Below are positions 35,831 to 46,733 of a stretch of DNA of 46,733 nucleotides, piece after piece. Source of the stretch: Octopus bimaculoides (Eukaryota); contig NC_069000.1 in assembly GCF_001194135.2 (NCBI RefSeq), forward strand, positions 37,628,273-37,675,005. Direction: 5' to 3'. The first letter of the stretch is position 1; each line of letters begins with the position of its first letter. The notes below the pieces were generated by a model. The model searched no databases, was not told where the DNA came from, and saw only the letters and a program-made list of their open reading frames with translations. The position numbers were made by a program, and so were the translations under genes.

Positions 35831-36469
35831 TTCCTTGTTTATATATTTATGTATTTGAATTTAATTATGCTTCATTTTTTTTTTCTTTTCCCAGCAATAA
35901 TTCAGATGACATTCTAAATAATGATGTTTTTAAAGTGCCCATATTTATTTATAAATCATAAAGTTTAAAAGATGTAATTGAGTAATCTGTGATTGGAACA
36001 ACTTCTGTTAAATAATGTTTAAAACTTGATAATGCTGGTTTGTTGTGAGAAGAAAGATGTTCCTACTTTTTTTTTGTTTTGCTTTTTATTTGTTTGTCAT
36101 TGGACTACAACCATGCTGGGGCACCACCTTGAAGGGTTCAGTCAAATAAATCAACCCCCAGTATTTATTATTATTTTTTTTAAAGTCTGGTATTTATACT
36201 ATTGATTCCGTTTGCCAAATTGCTAAGTTACAGGGAAATAAACAAACCAACACTGGTTGTCAAGTGGTGGGGGACAAACACAGACACAAGATTACACACA
36301 CACGCACATGTCATGCAGGTTTCTTTCAGTTTCCATCTTAGGTCAATCTGAAGCTAATGTAGAAAGCATTTGCCCAAGGTGCTATGCAGTGGAACTGAGC
36401 CTAGTACCATGTGGTTGGGAACCAGATTTCTTACCACACAGCCATGTTTGCATCTATCCCTACCTTTAA

Positions 36470-36678
36470 CCCTTTCGTTATTGTATTTATTTTGAGATGC
36501 TCTGTTTCTTTTAATTGATTTTAAATATAACAAGGAATTTAGTAAAATAACTTAGTTATCATTGAGCTGGTGTTAGGAACATAAATTGTGACTAAGGTTT
36601 GGTGGAAGATTTTAATTCTAAACTTATGAAAACAAGCCAGAGCCAGAGGTGGTTTCAGCCGGGTTGATAACGAAAGGG
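36470..36678. mobile_element. piggyBac-type MITE
   Basis: ttaa|CCCTTTCGTTA ... TAACGAAAGGG|ttaa; TTAA TSD with CCC termini. Confidence 0.85.
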
Positions 36679-37288
36679 TTAATAAAGGTGCACGAGTGGC
36701 TGTGTGGTAAGTAGCTTGCTTACCAACCATATGCTGTCCTTTTAGTGTTTAAACGAATTATGTTGTCCTTTTAGTGTCTAGTGTCTAGACTTTTAGAATG
36801 TTTTATTTTCTTTGATGCAATTGAAGCATTCCCTCCAAAGGCTTCCATTTCTATCTCAAACCTTAGTGTACAAACAATCTTGCATCATTTATAAAGTTGG
36901 CAATTTTTAAATCCCTGTTTCCACATGTTTCAACAATGACTGCATATCTTTTCATTTCTCGTATTAGCATATTATCTGCCATAGTGTATCTGAAAGAAAT
37001 AGAAACCTTTTAATTGGTTTGACGAGAGTAATAACACTGATAATTAAGTGTCCTCAAGTACCTCTTACATTTTGTATAGTGATCATTTAGCTTTTTGCTT
37101 TAAATAGCTTTAACTTTGAAAGTGAAAATTTTGTTCTAATTTGGACCAAGAGTGGAACTTTGCATCAGGTAACAAAACCAATGCCTTCTTTATTATTTTT
37201 TTCTTTCTTTTCTCAGCCCTTTGTTTTTCTTGTATTTTTCAATTATATACATATATATATATTTACATATATATTTGTTTCCTTCCAG

Positions 37289-37404
37289 TGACATCATTAC
37301 AGAATGCTTGTCGTGAAATCATCTTACAAATGGTTCGCAAAGAAGATATTGATATATTACCATTGCCAACCAAATTAAAGCAGTTTCTGTTATATGAAGT
37401 CTGA
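37289..37404 (+). CDS. NEURL2: NEURL2 terminal coding exon, SOCS box
   Basis: ttccag|TG+TSLQNACREIILQMVRKEDIDILPLPTKLKQFLLYEV*; SOCS-box pattern (SLQ..CR..I...LPLP..LK.FL); phase fits the previous exon; total about 264 aa. Confidence 0.92.
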
Positions 37405-37698
37405 AGAATACTTGAACAAAGTGTGTGGCTCCTTCTATTGTGTGATATTTGAACATTGCATGAACAGAACATTTGTTTTTGTTTTTTTTCTCCCCACCAG
37501 ACTTTATCTACCTTTTTTCTCAAGGCTAGAACGAAGTTGGAAATATAAATTCCCACCTTTTTTTTTTTTTTTTTTTTAGACACATCTTGACAACTGTTTA
37601 TCAGAAACATGTAAGATCCATTGCTGCTGCTACTACTACTACTACTACTACTACTACTGCTAATATCATCTCTAACCTTCCCCCATAACCCCACTTTC

Positions 37699-37704
37699 AA
37701 TAAA
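37699..37704 (+). terminator. Candidate NEURL2 polyadenylation signal AATAAA
   Basis: Motif about 295 nt after the stop codon; motif only. Confidence 0.35.
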
Positions 37705-38935
37705 TTTGCTACTAGTTGTGAAAAAAAAAAATATTCTATCGACTAACCCAGAACACATTCTTTAATGGACCAGAATTGTTTTGTAGTGAAGACAGTTTTT
37801 GTAAGTTATTTTTGGGTTAGTAAATTGATAGCTGTTTTTAGTATTAGAATATAATGTATATATTTTGTACAAGGCAATATCTGTAAGGAATATATTTTTT
37901 TTATTTATACAGTATTTTTTAATAGTTTATCAGCAAACATGGATTGAAGAAAAGAAGAGAAACAAAAGGAAGAACATCAACACTATAAATATTACTCAAA
38001 CACTGATTGATACATGGATTCATTGGGATTGGAAAGATAAAACTGCAATTATCTTCTAATGCTAATATCCTTAATTAAAACTCATGCTATTGTTACATCC
38101 TCTTCATTTGGGTTTATTATATTTTTAATTAGAAAGATTTTATATTTTGTGTGTCTGTATGTGTGTCTCCACACATTTTGTATGTATGTATGTGTGGCTG
38201 TATAGGCGCAATGGCCCAGTGGTTAGGGCAGCGAACTCGTGGTCATAGGATTGCGGTTTCGATTCCCAGACCGGGCGTTGTGAGTGTTTATTGAGCGAAA
38301 ACACCTAAAAGCTCCACGAGGCTCCAGCAGGAGATGGTGGTGAACCCTGCTGTACTCTTCCACCACAACTTTCTCTCACTCTTTCTTCCTGTTTCTGTTG
38401 TGCCTGTAATTCAAAGGGTCAGCCTTGTCACACTGTGTCACGCTGAATANNNNNNNNNNNNNNNNNNNNNNNNNNNNNNNNNNNNNNNNNNNNNNNNNNN
38501 NNNNNNNNNNNNNNNNNNNNNNNNNNNNNNNNNNNNNNNNNNNNNNNNNNNNNNNNNNNNNNNNNNNNNNNNNNNNNNNNNNNNNNNNNNNNNNNNNNNN
38601 NNNNNNNNNNNNNNNNNNNNNNNNNNNNNNNNNNNNNNNNNNNNNNNNNNNNNNNNNNNNNNNNNNNNNNNNNNNNNNNNNNNNNNNNNNNNNNNNNNNN
38701 NNNNNNNNNNNNNNNNNNNNNNNNNNNNNNNNNNNNNNNNNNNNNNNNNNNNNNNNNNNNNNNNNNNNNNNNNNNNNNNNNNNNNNNNNNNNNNNNNNNN
38801 NNNNNNNNNNNNNNNNNNNNNNNNNNNNNNNNNNNNNNNNNNNNNNNNNNNNNNNNNNNNNNNNNNNNNNNNNNNNNNNNNNNNNNNNNNNNNNNNNNNN
38901 NNNNNNNNNNNNNNNNNNNNNNNNNNNNNNNNNNN

Positions 38936-39200
38936 GCCGAACCGCTAAGTTATGGGACGTAAACACACCAGCATCAGTTGTCAAGCGATGTTGGGGGGAC
39001 AAACACAGACACACAAACATATACACACACATACATATATACGACAGGCTTCTTTCAGTTTCCGTCTGCCAATTCCCCTCACAAGGCTTTGGTCGGCCCG
39101 AGGCTATAGTAGAGGACACTTGCCCAAGGTGCCACGCAGTGGGACTGAACCCGGAACCATGTGGTTGGTAAGCAAGCTACTTACCCACACAGCCACTCAT
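38936..39200 (-). mobile_element. SINE family 1 copy (minus strand)
   Basis: Reverse complement of the family-1 head and body. Confidence 0.88.
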
Positions 39201-40939
39201 ATGTATAAACATTGGGTGATATGTTGTGATTGAAAAGACCTGTCAAGCCAAATAAAATTGTAGTTGTGACCAATACCAGTGCCATCTGACTGGCACATGT
39301 GCTGGTGGCACATAAAAAACACTGTTCGAGCGTTGGGCCTCATGGAGGCAGTGACAGGTGAGAGAGACCTTTGGCGATATACCGTGCTTGAGAAAGAAGT
39401 CCTGTAAGCCAAGTGAGATCGTAGTAGTGGCCGATGCCGGTGTCATGTCAATGGCACTCATGCTGGTGGCACATAAAAAGCACCCACCACATTCTTGGGA
39501 GTTGTTGGCATTAGGAAGAGCATCCAGCTGTAGAAATCCTGCCATATCAGATTGGAACCTGGTGCAGCTCCCCAGCTGCAAACCAACCCTGATTTGTCAA
39601 ACAGTGGTAGAAGACAAACGCACACGCACGCAAAAAGCTTTTTTCAGATGGCTACACCAGGCTCCAATCTGATTTGGCAGAGTTTCTACAGCTGGATGCC
39701 CTTCCTAACGCCAACCTCTCCGAGAGTGTAGTGGGTGCTTTTACGTGCCACCGGCACGAGGGCCAGTCAGGCGGTACTGGCAACAGCCACGCTCAAAATG
39801 GTGTATTTTACGTGCCACCTGCACAAGGGCCAGTCCAGCGGCACTGGCAACGATCTCGCTTGAATGTCTTTACACGTGCCACCAGCACAAGTGGCAAGAG
39901 GGTGACGCTGGGCACAGGTGCCATCATGATTTCGCTTTCACAATGCCCTTCCTAATACCAACCACCCCTTAGGATGTACTGGATGTCTTTTTATGTCACT
40001 GGCATAAAAATACCTTTAACATATCACCTGCATGGGTGCCTACCCTTTCTAATAATATAATTTCAAAAAACAAACCCAAAACAAATTTAGTATATTTCAT
40101 CATATATTTATCGAAAGCTATTTTACAATGGTGTTGTAGTGGGGGAATGTTTGATTCAGCAAATGAAAATACAATGCTATGACAGTATATTGGAATATAG
40201 AATAAAACCATAAATTTATCACAAAAACTGTTATATGAATATCATATTTCTATTTTATCTTTCAGATCAACTATACAGCTGTTTATATTTTAGTTAAGAC
40301 AATTACTATACAGAACGTGGTGGAGGCGCAATGGCCCAGTGGTTAGGGCAGCCGACTCGTGGTTATAGGATTGCGGTTTTGATTCCCAGACCGGGCGTTG
40401 TGAGTGTTTATTGAGCGAAAACACCTAAAGCTCCACGAGGCTCCGGCAGAGGATGGTGGCGAACCCTGCTGTACTCTTCCACCACAACTTTCTCTCACTC
40501 TTACTTCCTGTTTCTGTTGTGCCTGTAATTCAAAGGGTCAGCCTTGTCACACTGTGTCACGCTGAACATCCCCGAGAACTACGTTAAGGGTACACATGTC
40601 TGTGGGGTGCTCAGCCACTTGCACATTANNNNNNNNNNNNNNNNNNNNNNNNNNNNNNNNNNNNNNNNNNNNNNNNNNNNNNNNNNNNNNNNNNNNNNNN
40701 NNNNNNNNNNNNNNNNNNNNNNNNNNNNNNNNNNNNNNNNNNNNNNNNNNNNNNNNNNNNNNNNNNNNNNNNNNNNNNNNNNNNNNNNNNNNNNNNNNNN
40801 NNNNNNNNNNNNNNNNNNNNNNNNNNNNNNNNNNNNNNNNNNNNNNNNNNNNNNNNNNNNNNNNNNNNNNNNNNNNNNNNNNNNNNNNNNNNNNNNNNNN
40901 NNNNNNNNNNNNNNNNNNNNNNNNNNNNNNNNNNNNNNN

Positions 40940-41315
40940 GTGGTAAGTAGCTCGCTTACCAACCACATGGTTCCGGGTTCAGTCCCACTGCGTGGCACCT
41001 TGGACAAGTGTCTTCTACTATAGCCTCGGGCTGACCAAAGCCTTGTGAGTGGATTTGGTAGACAGAAACTGAAAGAAGCCCGCCGTATATATATATATAT
41101 ATATATATATGTTTGTGTGTCTGTGTTTGTTCCCCCACCATTGCTTGACGACCGATGCTGGTGTGTTTACGTCCTTGTAACTTAGCGGTTCGGCAAAAGA
41201 GATCGATAGAATAAGTACTAGGCTTCCAAAGAATAAGTCCTGGGGTTGATTTGCTCGACTAAAGGTGGTGCTCTAGCATGGCCACAGTCACATGACTGAA
41301 ACAAGTAAAAGAGTA
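40940..41315 (+). mobile_element. SINE family 1 copy
   Basis: Near-identical to 8411-8810; 5' end abuts a gap. Confidence 0.9.
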
Positions 41316-42429
41316 TGCTGAGAAAGGAAGTATAATGAAATGATGTGACCTCCCCATGTAACCACTGGTATACCAGCAGTCTGCTAACAGACTGTTTTGG
41401 CTTGTTTTCAATATTTTATCTTTAGTAACAATTATTGTGCCTATTAGATTTATAATCATCCATCTCCTTAGCCTGCAATAGTCTTCTCTCCATAATACAA
41501 CTGCATTAGACATGGCAATTTTTTAGTACATTTAGACATATAATAAGCACGTCTTGTATGCTAGCTAATACAGTATTTAGTATTTAATATTTAAAAACTA
41601 ATTTAAGAAAAAAATAGAAGCTCATTTTAACCTTTGGCTTTTCACAAGAATTTATATCACAAAGTATTTCTATTGTTTAGTTCTCTCCGATATTCCTTGT
41701 GCTTGAGATTTAGAAGCCATCAAGATTTTGGCCCATGACACTGCATGTACATTAAGTAAGGCATGTGTAAAATTTGAATGAAATCGGTTGTGTAGTTCTC
41801 GAGTTATAGAGATTCACACAGACAGGCAGACACTCATTCTCAGTTTTATATATTAATATGAAAACAATATTTCAAGAACACAACATAATGCCCCGTCCTG
41901 GAATTGAAACCATGATCTTGCAATTATGAATGCAGCATACTAACCACTAGGTTCCATGTCCTCACTGTTGAGATGTAAAAATAATTGACAAAACATCCTG
42001 TCAAGGATTGATGTCCCATTCAAATCTCTGGTAAACACATCAAGAACTTGTGTTTTTTTTTTATCAGTAGTTAGTTGGCCAGTGAAAACAATAGAACCAA
42101 CAGATATTTATCTCATTTGATCTCAATTGTGATAAACAACGTATGGGATTGGTGCCTTTTCTCTGACAGACATTCAACTATATTTAGATAACCTCACAAC
42201 TGATTTCAAATTGAATAAAATCAGACCTCAGAGAAGTTGATCTGGAACTTTTATTTTTATGAGTGGCTGCCTTCCTGTCGCCAACTTTCTTTTATTCGAA
42301 GTGAAGTTATAATGTCACAGTCTATCAAATAGAAAACAGCCTGAACATTCTTTTATAGTGGACTGCAGAAAAATGATTCTGTTTGCACATAAACACTCTC
42401 ACACATACAGACACATATGTATATATGTA

Positions 42430-42469
<40 letters not shown>

Positions 42470-42479
42470 NNNNNNNNNN

Positions 42480-42514
<35 letters not shown>

Positions 42515-42587
42515 GTGTGTGTGTGTGTAATGTATATAGTATGTATGTATGTATATAAGTATGTACATATATAGTTCGTATATAAAT

Positions 42588-42914
42588 ATGTATAATAACC
42601 TTTTTGTGTGCACAGTTTGTGACCGACTGTGCTTCTCTTTTGCTGGGCCCAAATCTCATTTGCAAACCCATGGAAAATGAACCCCCACCAACTATAGTGC
42701 CTATATGTCTGTGCACACCTTCCAGTGCAATGTATGCCAGAAGGTCTGCAGATATAACAGAGGCCTCAGAAGACATTTTAAGATCCACAAAGATCAGAAC
42801 TTAACTGCAGTACTTGGTGGCCCAAATCGGATGTGCAATCCATGTGGGTGTCTTTTCAAAACATTGTCTGGCTTAAAAAGCCATATCAGAATCCATGATG
42901 GATCTCAGGTGTAG
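42588..42914 (+). pseudogene. Three C2H2 zinc fingers in one frame with an internal TGA (probable LINE ORF2 C-terminus or ZNF relic)
   Basis: CTVC-x12-HLQTH, TGA at 42678-42680, CNVC-x12-HFKIH, CNPC-x12-HIRIH, TAG; no TGEKP linkers. Confidence 0.75.
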
Positions 42915-43005
42915 GTACAGGAGGGGGTCAAACTCTGCATAAGGAGTGAACAACCACCATATATATGTAATGTATATTGCATGTATGTATATATATATAT
43001 GTATG

Positions 43006-43086
<81 letters not shown>

Positions 43087-43129
43087 CATTCATGTATTTG
43101 ATGTCAGCCAGACATAAGAGGTTGTTATA

Positions 43130-43290
43130 CAACATTGGTCACAATGTGCTTCCAGTTCTGTCTTGATTGCACCATTTCATCTAACCTAATTTACTAAACT
43201 AAATTGTCTTCTCACCGTCAACAAAGCCCTCCAAGTGGCCTTTTCCCATTTCTTGGATACCATTCAGCAACACCATGTGTCTGCAACATT
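43130..43290 (-). mobile_element. Degraded LINE ORF2 C-terminal fragment
   Basis: WYPRNGKRPLG and QDRTGS-like motifs typical of RTE C-termini; many lesions. Confidence 0.45.
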
Positions 43291-44142
43291 TCTGGCCCAT
43301 CACAAGCACATGTATATTTATGTATGTATGTTTGTCTCTGTGTGTATGTGTATATATATATAAATCATAAGGACACATTAAAGTGTCTGCGTTCTAGAAA
43401 TGAGAGATAAAATCTTCATTTAGACACTTTACTGTATTTGATAGCCTATGAGACTCACCTTTTCTACCCCAAAATGGCTTCAAAAATCACCCTGCGTCCA
43501 ATGCATTCAATGTAGGCTCAAAACTCACTAGCTATAGAGATCCAGTAGTGTCAAAGAGGAATCAAGGAGATCCAAACGCAAAAGACTGTTGAAACTCTCT
43601 GGATAAACAACCACAACCACAAAACTGTATATGTGAATTATTGAGGAACTATCTAAAACATTTTAATAGTTTAAATATCTAAGGTGGCGAGCTGGCAGAA
43701 TCGTTACTGTGCCAGACAAAATGCTTAGCGGCATTTTGTCCGTCTTTACGTTCTGAATTCAAATTCCTCCTAGATCGACTTAACCTTTCATTCTTTCGGC
43801 ATTGTAAAAGTATGAGAAATGTACAACTGGAGTACTGAGTTGTAATTGAATTATCCTCTTAACCGAAATCACTTGCCTTGTGCTAAAATGTGAAGCCAAT
43901 ATTTTTAATATCTCACAAACAACAGAAAATCGTCTCAGAATTAATTTGTAATAGTTAAAAATCTCTCTGTGTTGCTAGCTAGTTGGCTAGATAACTGGAA
44001 AGCTATCTATCTATCTATCTTTCTACCTAGCTTTGTCAGAGTTATCCCCCTTCATGTATATTCAAATAAATACTCCCTTATCATAACGAACGAAGGGTCA
44101 CAAACATAAAAGAATATATAGGCACTAAGAGATCAGAAAAGT

Positions 44143-44398
44143 GGAGGCGCGTGGCTTAGTGGTCAGGGTCTCAGCATCATGATCGTAAGATTGTGGTTTC
44201 GATTCCTGGATCGGGCGATGCGTTGTGTTCTTGAGCAAAACACTTCATTTCACGTTGCTCCAGTTCACTCAGCCTGGCAAAAATGAGTAACGCTGCGATG
44301 GACTGGCGTCCCGTCCAGCTGGAGAACATATACGCCATTGAAACCTGGAAACCGGGCCCAAGAGCCTGGCTAGGCTTTAAAAGGGCGCATTTATTTTT
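44143..44398 (+). mobile_element. tRNA-derived SINE family 3 with CORE-like central domain
   Basis: A-box TGGCTTAGTGG, B-box GTTTCGATTCC, then cttgagcaaaacacttcatttcacgttgctccagttcactcagc..aaaaatgagt (CORE-like by recall). Decayed copy near 2050-2270. Confidence 0.75.
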
Positions 44399-44454
44399 AT
44401 AAGATCAAAAAACAAAAGATATTCAGATCAGGATATCTCATGGACGTATTTATA

Positions 44455-44668
44455 TCTTTATTGCCCACAGGGTGCTAAACATAGAGGGTACAAACAAGGG
44501 GGTTAAGTCGATTACATCGATCCCATTGCGTAACTGGTACTTATTTAATCGACCCCTGAAGGATGAAAAGCAAAGTCAACCTCGGTGCAATTTGAACTCA
44601 GAACGTAACGGCAGCGAAATACCGCTAAGTATTTCGCCCGGCGTGCTAACGATTCTGCCAGCTCGACG
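44455..44668 (-). mobile_element. tRNA-derived SINE family 4 (central gtcgactttgcctttcatcc..ggggtcgat domain, Meta-like by recall)
   Basis: Head ggcgagctggcagaatcgttagc and B-box GAGTTCAAATT. Copies at 5925-6050, 6090-6303, 6345-6558, 17625-17828, 20195-20388 (all -), 43682-43900 and 46165-46285 (+). Confidence 0.8.
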
Positions 44669-45499
44669 CCTTTCTCTTTGATATAGTTATGATCGATTAG
44701 TTTCATTCTGCTGTGAAAATAAATATCTTTTTGACTATCTACAAAGCTTGTATTGTGTGTGTGTGTGTGTGCTTCGAAGTGAGTCATTTTGGGAAAAGAA
44801 ATTTCTATTCTGTAAAAGTATTGCGAAATTTATTGAAATTAGAATCTCATGATGAATATCTAAAAGACACCGACCTGACGATGAAAACTTCATAAAATTT
44901 GGCTGTTCAGCAATAAGAATGGAAATCTATATTTATGACTCTTAATAACTGACCTTCGATGGGAGATAGCAAAATCATTTAATTCTAATTTCATTTTTAG
45001 ATGTAGACAAAAAAAGAGTTGTCTCCCATATGAATTCGTCTGGCATTTACCTCCCTTGTATCTATTTTGCTAAATGGGACAAAAATTGGTACATGAAATT
45101 AAAAAAAACATTCTAAGACTGTGATAAGAAGCTTGCTTCCCAACTATATGATTTCAGGTTCAGTCCCACTGCGTAGCAGCTTAACTAACGTCTTCTGTTA
45201 TATCTCCGGGTCAACCAAAGTCTTGTGAGTGGATTTGGCTGACGTACAGAGCCGGAAGAAATGCTAGTAATCCGTTTGTCCGACATAATAACCATTCTGC
45301 TTGCTTGCGGTCTGCAGTTATCGGGATATAGAAATAAATAAGATTATTAGGGTTAATATTTGGTTTGAAGTGTAAGTTGATGGGTGTGGGATGTGGACAA
45401 GAAGGAAATTCAATGCTGTTTTGAAAGATGCAGGGAAATGAAACAGTCAAAATGATCCTGATGTTTGTAGAGCACTTAGGTTAGAAGAATGAAAAAGAG

Positions 45500-45900
45500 A
45501 CGGAGAGAGAGAGGGAGAGATAGCTAGATGGGTAGGTATAGAGAGAGAGAGAGAGAGAGAGGAAGGGAGGGAGAGAAGTAGAGAGGGAAGGAAAGAGAGA
45601 GAGGGGGAAAAACAAAAGTGGAGAGAGAGAGGGAAAGTCAGTGACAAAGAGAAAAAGGAGGAAGTGAAGAAGAGGAAGAAGGTAAGAGAGAGAGAGAGAG
45701 AGAGGGAAAAAGAGAGCGAAAGGCAGAGAGACAGAGACAGAAAGGAGGAAGAAGGTAAGAGAGAGAGAGAGGCAGAGAGACAGAGACAGAAAGGAGGAAG
45801 AAGGTAAGAGAGAGAGAGAGAGGGAAAAAGAGAGCGTGAGGCAGAGAGACAGAGACAAAGGAAAGAAGAAAGCGGTAAAAAGAAAGTGAGAGAAAGAGAA
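45500..45900. repeat. Compound polypurine (GA-rich) tract with higher-order repeats
   Basis: Unit gaagaaggtaagagagagag...ggcagagagacagagacagaaaggag occurs about 3 times. Confidence 0.85.
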
Positions 45901-45934
45901 TCGAATATTTTAAAATTCCAAGTTACATCTCATA

Positions 45935-46142
45935 GATGCTTTGTGATGCATCGTCAGTAATGTTTCCGGGGTCTCATGAGGTTTCGGATCTTTCAACATA
46001 CATCAGACCTACTCATCCAGTTGACTCAGCTGAAACTGGTCAAGTCCTTGCTTGCATCTCATTAGCAGCAAACTACGAGGTCTGCCCTCTTTATCCAAAG
46101 CCACATAATGACCTTCTCTGCGGCTTCAGTAATGGAATTTAT
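45935..46142 (-). mobile_element. 3' end of an RLE-type (HERO-like) non-LTR retrotransposon
   Basis: INSITEAAEKVIMWLWIKRADLVVCC* (46142-46062) resembles the recalled HERO C-terminal ITEAAEKASRWLWIKR; 3' UTR-like sequence follows. Confidence 0.6.
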
Positions 46143-46295
46143 GATCAATATTTGTGGTTAGAAAGGCGGTGATCTGGTAGAATGGTTAGCGGCATTTCGT
46201 CCGTCTTTACGATCTAAATTCAAATTCCACCGAGGTCGACCTTACCTTTTATTCCTCCGGGGGTGATAAAATAAGTACCAGCTTAATGATTACCT

Positions 46296-46552
46296 CAGAA
46301 CCTAGTTTCCACAAAAACTGTTCGCCGGGAGCTGCACAACGCCAGATTTCACGGGAGGGCTGCAATCAGAAAACCACTACTTTCAAAAACAAACGTTGCA
46401 AAGCGTTTAGAGTGGAATAAAAACCTACAGAATTAACCTAGAGCAGTCGAAGAATGTTATTTTCTCGGATGAGTCATCCTTTCCCTTATTTCCGACCACT
46501 GGCCGAGTATACGCGTGGAAGCAGCCGAAAGAAGCATTTGACCCAGACTGCA
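46296..46552 (+). pseudogene. Tc1-family transposase fragment
   Basis: VSTKTVRRELHNARFHGRAAIRKPLLSKTNVAKRLEW (stop/frameshift) KNVIFSDESSFPLFPTTGRVYAWKQPKEAFDPDC; FSDES contains the first catalytic D. Confidence 0.88.
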
Positions 46553-46733
46553 AGGGATGGTGGCGAACCCTGCTGTACTCTTCCACCACAACTTTCTCTC
46601 ACTCTTACTTCCTGTTTCTGTTGTGCCTGTAATTCAAAGGGTCAGCCTTGTCACACTGTGTCACGCTGAATATCCCCGAGAACTACGTTAAGGGTACACG
46701 TGTCTGTGGAGTGCTCAGCCACTTGCACGTTAA

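Noticed and set aside
41259-41513. 84-aa minus-strand ORF
   Set aside because: Its 3' end runs into a SINE tail and no frame gave a recognisable protein.
42678-42680. In-frame TGA as selenocysteine or programmed readthrough
   Set aside because: No SECIS-like hairpin recognised, the +4 base is A rather than the leaky C, and the position is a linker; simple mutation is more parsimonious.
45447-45858. Ser/Leu-rich ORFs
   Set aside because: Translation of the (CT)n/(GA)n low-complexity tract.
45975-46012. CTGATG...CCGAAAC on the minus strand as a second hammerhead
   Set aside because: Reads CUGAUGU, not CUGANGA, and has no stem II adjoining GAAA.

Overview
Eukaryotic, AT-rich, repeat-dense genomic DNA with seven N-gaps. 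The SINE and microsatellite content suggests an octopus or other coleoid cephalopod; this is inference, not a database result. Two spliced genes sit head-to-head. SEH1/SEH1L (WD40 nucleoporin and GATOR2 subunit) is on the minus strand with 9 coding exons from 25676 to 5689; most of exon 8 is hidden in a gap. NEURL2/Ozz (NHR domain plus SOCS box) is on the plus strand with coding exons 33569-34247 and 37289-37404. The rest is mostly SINE families, RTE-clade LINE debris, Tc1/mariner and piggyBac MITEs and fossils, and microsatellites. The most notable observations are: (1) a tRNA-headed element carrying a hammerhead-ribozyme core (35530-35830); (2) a GG-ended, 8-bp-TSD (Merlin-like) MITE family containing telomere-like TTAGGG tracts, one copy with a canonical G-quadruplex motif; (3) two long foldback hairpins (4530-4718 and 19554-19920); (4) a triple C2H2 zinc-finger frame interrupted by one TGA (42588-42914); (5) a tandem duplication that copied the SEH1 exon-1 splice donor; (6) candidate alternative 3' exons for SEH1. 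All exon and element boundaries were read by eye.
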